NCBI GenBank assembly: GCA_965279525.1
Contig: CBDIIB010000004.1
Span: forward strand, 448,001 to 512,000
Source of the DNA: Tagaea sp.
GTDB taxonomy: Bacteria; Pseudomonadota; Alphaproteobacteria; CACIAM-22H2
Direction: 5' to 3'
Length of the DNA stretch: 64,000 nt
Each line of letters begins with the position of its first letter. The stretch's first letter is position 1. The position numbers and the translations under genes were made by a program. Below the pieces are notes generated by a model. It ran no database searches. It saw only the letters and a list, made by a program, of their open reading frames with translations, and had not been told where the DNA came from. Positions 40,609-51,049 of this stretch are shown in pieces.

Positions 40609-42195
40609 CTACTTGAGCAAGGCCGCCTGCTGGACGGACTGGAGGGTCCGCGAGAACATCGCGGGATCGCGCAGCAGGGCCGTTGCGATGGCCACTTCGC
40701 CGTCCCGGCTGGCGCTGTCGGGGGGGCAGATCTCCCGCAAGCTCTTGAGACCGGCCATGTTCGCGTGGTCGGCGGCCCGCCAGCGGACCATCGTCGCGGC
40801 GTCCGTCAGCCGGCCGCTGCGCACGGCCGCCAGCGCGTCCGCCACGCTGTCGCTGCGCCCGGAGGTGCAATAGGCCGGAATGACCCCGAGGTCGGCCAGC
40901 GGATAGCCCGACGGGGCATGGAACCGGGCCCAGGTGATGACCAGTTCGCCGTCGTTGGGCATCTGGACCAGCGTCTGGACCGATCCCTTGCCGAACGACG
41001 TCGTTCCCACGACGATCGCGCGCCCGTTGTCCTGGAGAGCGGCGGCGACGATCTCGGATGCGGAGGCCGACTGGCCGTTGACCAGCACGACGAGCGGGAC
41101 GTCCTCGCCGACATCGCCCGGCTGGGCGGTCATGCTCTGGTGGCTGGCACGATGGCGGCCGCGCGTCGACACGATGATGCCCTGGGAAAGGAACAGGTCC
41201 GACACGCCGACGGCCTGGTCGAGCAGTCCGCCCAAGTTGCCGCGCAGGTCGAGGATCATGCCGCGCATGGCGGGCTTGATCTCGACCTTGGCGCGGCGGA
41301 TCGCGTCGGCAAGCGCTTCGGTGGTGCGCTGGTTGAAGCCCGAGACCTTGACGTAGGCGAGATCGCCGTCGCGCCGGTAGGTCACGGTCGGCGGAACGAT
41401 GTGGCCGCGCAGCAGGCGCATCTCGGTGGCGCGCTCGGAAGGCGGCCGGCGCACCTCGAGACGCAGCTCGGTGCCGACGGGCCCTCGCAGGCGCGCGATC
41501 ACGTCGCGTTCGGAAAGACCGAGAAGTGAGCGGCCGTCGACCGCCACCAGACGGTCGCCGACGCGCAGGCCCGCGCGCGCGGCCGGAGTCTCCGGCGAGA
41601 CGATGTCGACTCGTGTTTCGCCGTTCTCGAATCCGACGGTCACCCCGATGCCGCCGAAGCCGTCGCGCACGGCACGGCTTTCTCGCGCGCGATCGGGATC
41701 GTCGTAGCGGGTGTAGGCGTCGAGCTTGGAAAGCGATCCGTCCATGAACGCGCGGAAGACGCGGTCGTTCGGCGTGTCGCGCAGCACGGTGGAGACGCTG
41801 CGCGCGGAATCGACCGCCTGTGCCGTCGCCGAAGCCCAGCGCTGGACGTCGTCGCGCCGGGGCAACTCGAAGCCGCCGGCAAGCGTTTCGCCGTCGTAGA
41901 GGTCGATGCGCGTGTCGGACTGCCGCACGGAAATGCGCGTATCGATCTTGCTGAGGTTCGCAAGGCCGGCGATCGCGAGCGTCGAGAGGTCGACGGGCTG
42001 GATATAGCGCGACGAAAGCTCGTCGTAGGCACGCTGGTAGAAATTGGCGGGCGTGGTCGCCGCCGACTGGCCGTACGAGGGCGCCGGCCGGGCGGCCTCG
42101 CGCGGTCCGGCACACGCGGTCGCGAAGACGACGAGCGTCGCGATCAGGGCGCCAAGGCGGGGTGCGCGTCGGGTGGTTGAACGGCGCATGGACAT
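40609..42195 (-). CDS. S41-family carboxy-terminal processing protease (PDZ), lipoprotein
   Basis: ATAC lipobox, GGIGV PDZ, DLRGNLGG, SASASEIV, FGKGSVQ. Confidence 0.9.
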   Translation of the reverse strand: MSMRRSTTRRAPRLGALIATLVVFATACAGPREAARPAPSYGQSAATTPANFYQRAYDELSSRYIQPVDLSTLAIAGLANLSKIDTRISVRQSDTRIDLYDGETLAGGFELPRRDDVQRWASATAQAVDSARSVSTVLRDTPNDRVFRAFMDGSLSKLDAYTRYDDPDRARESRAVRDGFGGIGVTVGFENGETRVDIVSPETPAARAGLRVGDRLVAVDGRSLLGLSERDVIARLRGPVGTELRLEVRRPPSERATEMRLLRGHIVPPTVTYRRDGDLAYVKVSGFNQRTTEALADAIRRAKVEIKPAMRGMILDLRGNLGGLLDQAVGVSDLFLSQGIIVSTRGRHRASHQSMTAQPGDVGEDVPLVVLVNGQSASASEIVAAALQDNGRAIVVGTTSFGKGSVQTLVQMPNDGELVITWARFHAPSGYPLADLGVIPAYCTSGRSDSVADALAAVRSGRLTDAATMVRWRAADHANMAGLKSLREICPPDSASRDGEVAIATALLRDPAMFSRTLQSVQQAALLK

Positions 42196-42201
42196 TCGCG
42201 C

Positions 42202-42588
42202 TCAGCTCCGCGTGTGGTTCGCCCACATCACGCCGAGAACCGCACCCTTGACCGGGCGCAGCAGGGCGAGCGTGAGGAATAGCGTGAGCGGCAACCAGAG
42301 GGCCGCCTGTCCCCACAACGGAAGCAGCACGTACTTGTCGAGCATCAGCATCGCGCCGACGATGATGTGTCCGACGATGAAGATCGTGAAATAGGGCGGT
42401 GCATCGTCGGCACGGTAGGTGTCGAGCGCGTGCCCGCAGGACGTGCAGGCCGGCCGGATCTTGAGATAGCCGTCGAAGACAGCACCCGTTCCGCAGTTCG
42501 GGCAGCGCCCGCCCGCACCCCGGCGCATCCCGACGGCCCAGGACCGTGGCGGCTCGGTGACAGCGTCATTGGGCGGTGAAAAAGGCAT
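42202..42588 (-). CDS. DUF983 family membrane protein
   Basis: GRCPNCG...CTSCG, ADDAPPY, LRPVKG; AGGAG RBS. Confidence 0.85.
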   Translation of the reverse strand: MPFSPPNDAVTEPPRSWAVGMRRGAGGRCPNCGTGAVFDGYLKIRPACTSCGHALDTYRADDAPPYFTIFIVGHIIVGAMLMLDKYVLLPLWGQAALWLPLTLFLTLALLRPVKGAVLGVMWANHTRS

Positions 42589-42708
42589 GAAATGAAGCTC
42601 CTGACCCCCATAATATAGAAAGGACTACATGAAGATATGCTTACCGGAATCCGGGCAACAGTCCGGACCGGCATTGCGGCATTCCTGCAACAGTCCCTTG
42701 GAGACCGT

Positions 42709-44907
42709 TCAGCGCTGGCGGCGGCCGCGCTTGAAGTTGCCGCGCGGTGCCCGACCGGGACCTGCATCCATCAGCTCGAATGCCAGACTGCCGGTCAGGC
42801 CGTCGATTTCCCGCAGGCGGACTTCCACAGCCTGTCCAAGGGTATAGACCTTGGCATTCCGGCTGCCGGTCAGCGTGTGGCGACGCTCGTCGAAATGGTA
42901 GAAATCGTTCGGCAGCGAGCGGACCGGCACCAGTCCGTCGGCGCCGATCTCGTTGAGCGTGATGAACAGGCCGAATTTCTGCACGCCCGATATGCGTGCC
43001 TGGAAGGTCGCCCCCTGCCGGTCTTCGAGATATGCGGCGATATAGCGCGCCATCGCGTCGCGCTCGGCCGCTACCGCGCGGCGCTCGGTCGCCGAAATAT
43101 GGTCCCCGGCATCCGCGAAATCGGGGACGGGGCCGGGGTCGAGCAACCCGCCCTCGCCAAGCGCACCCGCCGACACCAGGGCCCGATGCACGAGAAGATC
43201 AGCGTAGCGGCGGATCGGCGACGTGAAGTGCGCGTAGCGCGCGAGCGACAGGCCGAAATGCCCCTGATTGACCGGCGAATAGACCGCCAGCGACTGGCTG
43301 CGCAACACCATCTGGTTGACCAGATGGTGATGGGGCTGGCCCTTCGCCCAGTCGAGGACGCGTCCGAAATCGTGCGGACGCATCGCGGCCCCGCGTGCCA
43401 GACGCAAGCCGAGCCCTTCGAGCGTCTCGCGTAGCGCTTCCACCCTGTCGACGGCTGGCGGCTCGTGCACGCGGTACATGCAAGGCAGGCGCTTGCGCTC
43501 CAGCGTTTCCGCGGCACAGACATTCGCGAGGATCATGAACTCCTCGATCAGCCTGTGGCTGTCGAGGCGCGTGCGGGGTGCGATCTTCGCGACCTTGCCG
43601 TCGGCGCCCAGCTCGACCTTGCGTTCCTCGACGTCGATGTCGAGCGCACCGCGCGCGACGCGGGCCGCGAGCAACGACTTGTAGGCGCCGTAGAGCGGCC
43701 CCACGACCTTGTCGGCGATCCAGCCCGGCGCCTTCTCGTGCCCGTCGGCGATCGCCTGTATGCGTTCATACGTGAAGCGCTGCGCCGAGCGGATCATCGC
43801 GCGCACGAAGCGATGGCTGCGCTTGGTTCCGCTCCTGTCGATGACGATGTGCACGGCCAGCGTCGGCCGGTCCTCGTCCGGTCGCAGCGAACACAGGTCG
43901 TTCGACAGGCGCTCGGGCAGCATCGGCACGACGCGGTCCGGGAAATAGCAGGAATTGCCGCGCTGGTAGGCCGACCGGTCGAGCGCATCGCCCGGGCGCA
44001 CATACCACGAGACGTCGGCGATGGCGACGATCAGCCGCCAGCCACCGATATTGTCGGGGGCGTCGTCGGCCACAGCCATCACGGCGTCGTCAAAATCGCG
44101 CGCGTCGGCACCGTCGATCGTCACGATCGGCAACTCGCGCAGATCCTCGCGTGCGCCGACCGGGGCAGGCTTCGCGCGCTCGGCCTGCGCAAGTGCTTCG
44201 GCAGGAAACACGGTCGGGATGTCCTGCGCGTGGATGGCGATCAGGCTTGCCGACCGCGGATCGCCGAGCCGGCCGATGCGCTCGACCACGCGCGCGCGCG
44301 GCAGGCCGATGCGTCGCTGCGGCAGCAGTTCGGCCAGCACGAGTTCACCCGGCTGGGCTTCGCCGATCGCGTCCGCCTCGATCGTATAGTCGGTCTTCAC
44401 CCGCCGGTCGGTGGGCCGGAGGCGCCAGGCACTGCCCGCCTTCTCGATCTGTCCGACGACGCGCTCGGGCACGAGGTCGGCAAGCCGGACGAGCGTGGCG
44501 ATCCATTCGCCGTCGACGAACTCGAACCGGCCGATCCCGTGCGCGCCGACCGGCGGGGCGGGGTGACCGTCGGCGACCCGGAGGCGTGCAAGCGGCGAGG
44601 GGCCCGTCCATTCCAGCGCCTTGGCCAGCAGCGTCCCGTCCTCGACATCCGTTCCGACGATCTCGAGCGGGATTGCCTCCTTCGACGCCCTGGCGCCGGC
44701 ACGCACGATCCGGCCTTCGCCGACGAAAGCGATCTGCCCGTCGCGGGCCATGTCGCGCAGCAGGTGATTGAGCGCGCGCCGGGCCTCGCCCTTCAGGTCC
44801 AGCTGCTTGATGAGCCGCCGCTTGTCGATCGGTACCGGGATGCGGGCAAGCGTATCCAGGACCAGCTGGGCGGTCAGGCGGGCGGCGGGGCGACTCGTTC
44901 GGGGCAC
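42709..44907 (-). CDS. rnr: Ribonuclease R
   Basis: TIDGADARDFDDA, HFTSPIRRYADL, C-terminal S1 domain; GTG start inferred. Confidence 0.94.
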   Translation of the reverse strand: MPRTSRPAARLTAQLVLDTLARIPVPIDKRRLIKQLDLKGEARRALNHLLRDMARDGQIAFVGEGRIVRAGARASKEAIPLEIVGTDVEDGTLLAKALEWTGPSPLARLRVADGHPAPPVGAHGIGRFEFVDGEWIATLVRLADLVPERVVGQIEKAGSAWRLRPTDRRVKTDYTIEADAIGEAQPGELVLAELLPQRRIGLPRARVVERIGRLGDPRSASLIAIHAQDIPTVFPAEALAQAERAKPAPVGAREDLRELPIVTIDGADARDFDDAVMAVADDAPDNIGGWRLIVAIADVSWYVRPGDALDRSAYQRGNSCYFPDRVVPMLPERLSNDLCSLRPDEDRPTLAVHIVIDRSGTKRSHRFVRAMIRSAQRFTYERIQAIADGHEKAPGWIADKVVGPLYGAYKSLLAARVARGALDIDVEERKVELGADGKVAKIAPRTRLDSHRLIEEFMILANVCAAETLERKRLPCMYRVHEPPAVDRVEALRETLEGLGLRLARGAAMRPHDFGRVLDWAKGQPHHHLVNQMVLRSQSLAVYSPVNQGHFGLSLARYAHFTSPIRRYADLLVHRALVSAGALGEGGLLDPGPVPDFADAGDHISATERRAVAAERDAMARYIAAYLEDRQGATFQARISGVQKFGLFITLNEIGADGLVPVRSLPNDFYHFDERRHTLTGSRNAKVYTLGQAVEVRLREIDGLTGSLAFELMDAGPGRAPRGNFKRGRRQR

Positions 44908-44999
44908 GCCCCCAAAGTGGACCCTGTCCGGCCCCCGGCGCAACGCAGTTGCACAACGAGACCGGCCGTGATTATTTTTTGGGGCGAAACGGAGTCCGG

Positions 45000-45392
45000 A
45001 TGAATTTTCTGATCGTTGACGACGATGCCGACATGCGGCTGACCTTGCGCGACATGCTTGAGTCGCTCGGCGCGCCCCGCGTCTGGGCGGTCGGCGACGG
45101 GAACAAGGCACTCGAGCGCATGCGTGCACTCGAATTCGGGCGCAACGACGTCGTGCTGGCCGACTGGAACATGCGCCCGATGAACGGGCTGGAACTGCTC
45201 GATGTCGTGCGCACCGACCGTAAACTTTGCCAAGTCTACTTCGTGATGATCACTGGCGATTCCGACCAGGAAAAAGTCGTGACCGCACGTGAGCGCGGGG
45301 TCAACGACTACCTCGTCAAGCCGTTCGAAATGCTGGCATTACGGCGAAAACTCGGTACGTTCCTTCCCGCACCGCGCGGTGCCCGGGGCTGA
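45000..45392 (+). CDS. Single-domain response regulator (CheY-like)
   Basis: LIVDD, DWNMRPMNGLEL, MIT, YLVKPF. Confidence 0.88.
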   Translation: MNFLIVDDDADMRLTLRDMLESLGAPRVWAVGDGNKALERMRALEFGRNDVVLADWNMRPMNGLELLDVVRTDRKLCQVYFVMITGDSDQEKVVTARERGVNDYLVKPFEMLALRRKLGTFLPAPRGARG

Positions 45393-45425
45393 CCCCGGGC
45401 GGACGCCGGCAACGGGGAATTTTCG

Positions 45426-48302
45426 ATGGAGATGCTCGGCTGGGCCGTCGGCGCGCTGGGGTTGGCGGTCGGCATCGTCGGCTGGCGCCTTGCCCTGCAA
45501 GCACGGCGCAACGAGGCGCGCCTCGTCCAGGCCTTGGATGCGCTCGACGAAGGCTTCGCGCTGTGGAGTGCGGACGACAGGCTTCTCCACGCCAACCGCC
45601 GCTATCGCGAGATCTATGCCGAATCCGCTTCCGAACTTACGCTCGGGATCGGCTACGAGACGCATCTGCGAATCCGGCTGTCCGCCCCCAGTGCCGGCGT
45701 GCCACCCGAGGCGCGCGAGGCCTACGTGCGCAAGCGTCTCGAAGACCGCCGCCTCCAGCGCCCGCCATCCGACGTCCCCCAGGCGGAAGGACGCTGGGTG
45801 CGCACGATCGACCGGCGTACGGCCGATGGCTCGACGGTCTCGGTGCGCGTCGACGTCTCCGACATCAAGGCCAGGGAGATCGAATCCCGCCAGCAGACCC
45901 TGCTGCTTCGTTCGACCTTCGACAACATCACCGATGGCCTGATCGTCGTCGACGGCGAGGAGCGGCTGGCGCTGTGGAACGCCAACGCGATCGACATCCT
46001 CGGCCTGCCGCGGAACCTTGCACAGGTCGGCCGTCCGTATCGCGACATCCTGGCGTTCCTCGCCACGCGCGGCGATTTCGGCCCGCCACCGCCAGGCGTC
46101 GCAGGCGATCCGGTTTCGGCGATCCTCGACAACAACGTGGCGCGCCTGCCGGACTCGTTCACGCGCACGCTGGCGACGGAGCGGGTGGTCGAGTTCAACA
46201 AGGTCAAGATGGCCGGCGGCGGCTTTCTGTCCACGCTCGGCGACATCACGCGGCGCATCGCGTCCACCCAGGCCGCCGCGACCGCGCACCGCCGGCTCGT
46301 CGACGCGATCGAGAGCTTCCCCGAAGGCTTCGCGCTGTTCGACGCCGACGACCGCCTCGTCACGTGCAACGCGCGCTATCGAGAGATGTACCGCGCGATA
46401 GCGCCGCTGCTCGTCGCCGGAGCGCGCTTCGAGGACCAGGTCCGCGCACTGGCGAGCACCAACGACAGCCTCGTCGATCCGGTCGCGGTCGAGGCCCACG
46501 TCGCCGACCGTCTGCGCCGGCACCGCGACCCGCGCGAACCTTACGACGTGCGCCGCGCCAACGGACGCTGGATCCGGGCCATCGACCGGCGGACGGCCGA
46601 CGGCGGCACGGTCGCCATCCGCATCGACATCAGCGACCTGCGCCGGCGCGAGACCGTGCTGACGATCGTTGTCGAGACGGCCCAGCGCCTGCTGGTCGAG
46701 ACGCGCTGGCGAAGCCCGGTCGAGGAGATGCTCACGCGGCTTGGCAACGCGCTGGGCGTCAGCCGGACGATGCTGGGCAAGAACAAGACGCGGGCGAACG
46801 GCAAGATCACCCAGAAGGACGTGTTCGAGTGGGACGCGCCGGGTATCGCGCGCATCGTCGGCAATCCGGACTTCGAAGGCTTTCCGATCAAGGACACGGC
46901 TTTCCAGGACTGGCGCCAGGCCCGGTCGCGCGGCGAGACCGTCTACGGCATCGTCAGCGAACTCGACCCGGGCAAGCGCGAATGGCTCGGCCGGCAGGAA
47001 GTACAGTCGCTGATCCGCGTGCCGGTCATGGTCGGGGGCGCCTGGTGGGGCAGCGTGGGCTTCGACCATTGCCGGACGGAGCACCGGTGGGAACCGCTCG
47101 AGATCGAGGCGATCCAGGCGGCGGCCACGCTGATCGGGATGGCGATCCAGCGCGAGATCGCGGCCGAACAGGTCGAGCGCCAGCGCGACGCGCTTTTCCG
47201 CAGCGAGAAGATGGCGGCGATGGGCTCGCTGCTGGCCGGCGTGGCGCACGAACTCAACAATCCGCTCGCGATCGTCGTGGGGCAGGCTTCGCTGCTCTGC
47301 GAGACCGCAGACGACGAGCGCACGCGGACGCGCGCCGACCGCATCGCCAAGGCCGCCGACAGATGTGCCCGCATCGTCAAGACGTTCCTGGCCATGGCCC
47401 GCCAGCGACCGGCCGAGCGGGCGCCGGTCGACCTGCGCGCGGTCGCGCGCAGCACGCTCGACCTGCTGTCCTATGCGCTGAAGGCCGACGGAGTCGATGT
47501 CGAACTCGACCTGCCCGCCGACCTGCCGGACGTGTGGGGTGACGGCGACCAGTTGGCGCAGGTCGTCAGCAATCTCGTGGTCAATGCCCAGCATGCCGTG
47601 CGCGAACGGCCGGCGGACCGCAGGCTGCGCATCGGCGCCGTGCTCGACACCGAGGATTCCGGATACGTGACGCTCGAGATCTCCGACAACGGCGGCGGCG
47701 TTCCCGAGGCGCTGCGGGCCCGGATCTTCGAGCCGTTCTTCACGACCAAGCCGGCCGGTTCGGGGACCGGCGTGGGCCTGTCGGTGTGCCGCGGGATCGT
47801 CGAGGCGCATGACGGCACGATCGAGGTCGACGACGCGCCGGACGGCGGAGCCCGGTTCACGGTGCGTCTTCCTTTCGCACGCCGTGCCGCCGACGACACG
47901 ATTGCCCCGGAAACGGCCCGTCAGCTCCCGCCCGACACGCATGTCCTGCTGGTCGACGACGAGCCGGACATCCTGCGCACGCTGGCCGAGATCTTCGCCG
48001 ATTGCGGTGCACGGACCCAGCTGGCGGCCAATGGCGACGACGCACTTGTGCTGCTTGCCGCGACGGATTTCGATCTCGTGTTCTGCGACATGCGCATGCC
48101 CGGCCTCGACGGCCCGGGTCTCCATCGCAAGGTCTCGGCAAACTATCCGGAACTGGCGCGCCGGTTCGTGTTCGTGACCGGGGACGTGCTCTCCGTCGAA
48201 GTCGCGGGCTACCTCAACGAGACGACCGCCCCGCATATCGAGAAGCCGTTCCGGCGCGACGAGATACTGCGCACGGCGCTGGCGGTTCTCGAACGGAGCT
48301 AG
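45426..48302 (+). CDS. Hybrid sensor histidine kinase (TM-3xPAS-GAF-HisKA-HATPase-REC)
   Basis: Repeated PAS segments (GRWxRxIDRRTADG), GAF, AHELNNPL, FEPFFTTK, GTGVGL, CDMRMP. Confidence 0.9.
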   Translation: MEMLGWAVGALGLAVGIVGWRLALQARRNEARLVQALDALDEGFALWSADDRLLHANRRYREIYAESASELTLGIGYETHLRIRLSAPSAGVPPEAREAYVRKRLEDRRLQRPPSDVPQAEGRWVRTIDRRTADGSTVSVRVDVSDIKAREIESRQQTLLLRSTFDNITDGLIVVDGEERLALWNANAIDILGLPRNLAQVGRPYRDILAFLATRGDFGPPPPGVAGDPVSAILDNNVARLPDSFTRTLATERVVEFNKVKMAGGGFLSTLGDITRRIASTQAAATAHRRLVDAIESFPEGFALFDADDRLVTCNARYREMYRAIAPLLVAGARFEDQVRALASTNDSLVDPVAVEAHVADRLRRHRDPREPYDVRRANGRWIRAIDRRTADGGTVAIRIDISDLRRRETVLTIVVETAQRLLVETRWRSPVEEMLTRLGNALGVSRTMLGKNKTRANGKITQKDVFEWDAPGIARIVGNPDFEGFPIKDTAFQDWRQARSRGETVYGIVSELDPGKREWLGRQEVQSLIRVPVMVGGAWWGSVGFDHCRTEHRWEPLEIEAIQAAATLIGMAIQREIAAEQVERQRDALFRSEKMAAMGSLLAGVAHELNNPLAIVVGQASLLCETADDERTRTRADRIAKAADRCARIVKTFLAMARQRPAERAPVDLRAVARSTLDLLSYALKADGVDVELDLPADLPDVWGDGDQLAQVVSNLVVNAQHAVRERPADRRLRIGAVLDTEDSGYVTLEISDNGGGVPEALRARIFEPFFTTKPAGSGTGVGLSVCRGIVEAHDGTIEVDDAPDGGARFTVRLPFARRAADDTIAPETARQLPPDTHVLLVDDEPDILRTLAEIFADCGARTQLAANGDDALVLLAATDFDLVFCDMRMPGLDGPGLHRKVSANYPELARRFVFVTGDVLSVEVAGYLNETTAPHIEKPFRRDEILRTALAVLERS

Positions 48303-51004
48303 TCGGCCGCGGGTTCGGGCGCCTTCTTGCGCACGCGCTTGGCAGCCGGCGACTTGGCCGCCGGCTTTTCCGCCTTCGCGGCAGCAGCGGGCTTCTCGGC
48401 CTTTGCGGCGGCCTTGGGTGCCGCAGCTTTCTTGGCAGCCGGCGCCTTCTTCGCGCCCTTCTTGCGCACGGGCGCGTCGCCTGCGCGTGCCCTGCGGTCC
48501 GCGATCAGGCGGACGGCATCGTCAAGGCTCACTTCCTCGGGCGTCAGGTCCTTGGGCAGGTTGGCGTAGGTGCTGCCGTGCTTGACGTAGGGGCCGTAGC
48601 GGCCCGCGGCGGCCGTGATCGGCGCACCGTCTTCAGGATGGTTGCCCACGACGCGGCCCACCGGGGCCGCGGCACGCCCGAAGCGCCGGCCGGTCGAAGG
48701 CTGGGCGAGGATGTCGACGGCGCGGTTCAAGCCGATCTCGAGCGCGTCCTGGGTCGTGCCGATCGATTTGTACTTGTCGCCATGCTTGATGTACGGGCCG
48801 AAACGGCCGAGCCCGGCGAGGATCGGCAGGCCATCCTCGGGATGGTTACCGATCGGGCGGGGCAGGGACAGCAGCTTCAGCGCCATCTCGAGGTCCACGT
48901 CCTCCGGCTTCATGTCCTTGGGGATCGACTGGCGCTTGGGTTTGACCTTGTCGCCGCCGGTGCCGAGCTGCACGTAAGGCCCGAACGGGCCGTTGCGAAG
49001 CTGGACTTCCTCGTTGCTTGCCGGATCGACGCCGAGCACCTTGTTGGCGACACCGCCGCCGCTCTCGCCGTCGCCGTTGTCGACGGTGAGGGGGCGCGTG
49101 AAGCTGCAGGTCGGATAGTTCGAGCAGCCGATGAAGGCACCGCGCTTGCCGAGACGCAGTCCCAGACGCCCGCCCGAACATGCGGGGCACACGCGCGCAT
49201 CGGTGCCGCCGGGATTCTCGGGGAAGAAGTGGGGGCCAAGCGCTTCGTCGAGCCGGTCGATGACGTCGCGGATCTTCAGTTCCTTGGTGTCGTCGACCGA
49301 TTTCGAGAAATCGACCCAGAATTCGGCGAGCACCTTGCGCCAGTCGGCACGGCCGCCCGAAATCTCGTCGAGCTGGTCTTCGAGCTTGGCCGTAAAATCG
49401 TATTCGACGTAGCGGCGGAAATAGTTCTCGAGGAACGACGTGACGACGCGGCCGCGGTCTTCCGGCGTGAACCGCTTCTTGTCGAGCTTGACGTAGCCGC
49501 GCTCCTGCAGCGTCTCGAGGATCGAGGCGTAGGTCGAAGGGCGGCCGATGCCGAGCTCTTCGAGCCGCTTGACGAGGCTCGCTTCGGAAAAGCGCGGCGG
49601 CGGCTGGGTGAAATGCTGCTCGGGCTTGACGGGCCCTCGCGGCGTGGCGTCGCCCTCGGCGAGCGGCGGCAGCAGGCGGTTCTCGTCGTCGTCGGCTTCC
49701 GACGGATCGTCGCGGTCTTCGCGATAGAGTGCAAGGAAGCCTTCGAACACGAGCGTGGAGCCGGTCGCGCGCAGCGTCGTGCGCTCGTCGGGCGAGGCGA
49801 GATCGACCGCAACCTGGTCGAGCTGCGCGCTTTCCATCTCGGATGCGACCGTGCGCTTCCAGATCAGGTCGTAGAGCTTCAGGAGATCGTCGGCGAGATA
49901 GCGCTCGACATCCTTGGGGCGGCGCAGCAGGTCAGTGGGGCGGATCGCCTCGTGGGCTTCCTGCGCGTTCTTGGCCTGGGTCTTCCAGATGCGCGGCTGG
50001 TCGGGCAGAAACTTCTTGCCGTACTGCTCGGCGATCAGGGCACGCGCCGCGCGCACCGCTTCGCCCGACAGCGTCACGCTGTCCGTACGCATATAGGTGA
50101 TGAGACCCACGGTCTCGCCGCCGATGTCGAAGCCTTCGTAGAGCTGCTGGGCCATGCGCATCGTGCGCGAGGCGCCGAAGCCGAGCTTGCGCGAGGCTTC
50201 CTGCTGCAGCGTCGAGGTCGTGAAGGGCGCCATCGGGTTGCGGCGCACGCGCTTGCGCTCGACGGTCGCGACCTTATAGGGGTCGCCGGCCTCGATCTTG
50301 GCGACGGCCGCCTGGGCGGCCGCCTCGTTGGCGAGATCGAACTTGTCGAGGCGTGCACCATCCAGATGCGTCAGGCGCGCTTCGAACTTCTCGCCGCCCT
50401 TGGCCGTGAACTGGGCGCCGATCGTCCAGTATTCGCGCGCCCGGAAGCGCTCGATCTCGTTCTCGCGCTCGCAGATGAGGCGCAAGGCCACCGACTGGAC
50501 GCGTCCGGCCGAACGGCTGCCCGGCAGCTTGCGCCACAGCACGGGCGAAAGGTTGAAGCCGACGAGGTAGTCGAGGGCGCGGCGCGCCAGATAGGCGTCG
50601 ACCAGATCGCGGTCGAGGTCGCGCGGGTGGCGCATCGCCTCGATGATCGCGCTCTTCGTGATCTCGTTGAAGACCACGCGCTTGACGTCGATGTCCTTGA
50701 GCTTCTTGGCTTCCTCGAGCACCTCTTTGAGGTGCCAGGAGATCGCCTCGCCCTCGCGGTCGGGGTCGGTTGCCAGGATCAGCGTCGTCACACCCTTGAG
50801 TGCCTTGGTGATCTCGCTGACCGGCTTCTTGGCCCGCTCGCCGATCTGCCAGTGCATCTCGAACTCGCGGTCGGGCTCTACGGCCCCGTCCTTCTCCAGA
50901 AGGTCGCGGACATGCCCGTAGGAGGCGAGTACGCGGTACTCGTCGCCGAGATATTTGTTGATCGTTTTCGCCTTCGAAGGCGATTCGACGATGACGAGTT
51001 TCAT
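48299..51004 (-). CDS. topA: DNA topoisomerase I
   Basis: IVESPSK, ATDPDREGE, SAGRVQS, ITYMRTDS, GRPSTY, zinc ribbon, C-terminal repeats. Confidence 0.97.
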   Translation of the reverse strand: MKLVIVESPSKAKTINKYLGDEYRVLASYGHVRDLLEKDGAVEPDREFEMHWQIGERAKKPVSEITKALKGVTTLILATDPDREGEAISWHLKEVLEEAKKLKDIDVKRVVFNEITKSAIIEAMRHPRDLDRDLVDAYLARRALDYLVGFNLSPVLWRKLPGSRSAGRVQSVALRLICERENEIERFRAREYWTIGAQFTAKGGEKFEARLTHLDGARLDKFDLANEAAAQAAVAKIEAGDPYKVATVERKRVRRNPMAPFTTSTLQQEASRKLGFGASRTMRMAQQLYEGFDIGGETVGLITYMRTDSVTLSGEAVRAARALIAEQYGKKFLPDQPRIWKTQAKNAQEAHEAIRPTDLLRRPKDVERYLADDLLKLYDLIWKRTVASEMESAQLDQVAVDLASPDERTTLRATGSTLVFEGFLALYREDRDDPSEADDDENRLLPPLAEGDATPRGPVKPEQHFTQPPPRFSEASLVKRLEELGIGRPSTYASILETLQERGYVKLDKKRFTPEDRGRVVTSFLENYFRRYVEYDFTAKLEDQLDEISGGRADWRKVLAEFWVDFSKSVDDTKELKIRDVIDRLDEALGPHFFPENPGGTDARVCPACSGGRLGLRLGKRGAFIGCSNYPTCSFTRPLTVDNGDGESGGGVANKVLGVDPASNEEVQLRNGPFGPYVQLGTGGDKVKPKRQSIPKDMKPEDVDLEMALKLLSLPRPIGNHPEDGLPILAGLGRFGPYIKHGDKYKSIGTTQDALEIGLNRAVDILAQPSTGRRFGRAAAPVGRVVGNHPEDGAPITAAAGRYGPYVKHGSTYANLPKDLTPEEVSLDDAVRLIADRRARAGDAPVRKKGAKKAPAAKKAAAPKAAAKAEKPAAAAKAEKPAAKSPAAKRVRKKAPEPAAD

Positions 51005-51049
51005 CTAACTTTCCGCGTAAACCCCTGTAAGGGGCCGGTTCCTGCGCCG

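Noticed and set aside
42629-42847. 72-aa plus-strand ORF with an AAAGGA SD, antisense to the rnr 3' end
   Set aside because: Non-protein-like composition and overlap with rnr; the SD-like tract is explicable as part of the DUF983 leader
48302-48470. Lys/Ala/Pro-rich repeats (AKAEKPAA x2) at the TopA C-terminus
   Set aside because: Basic low-complexity tails are common in alphaproteobacterial TopA
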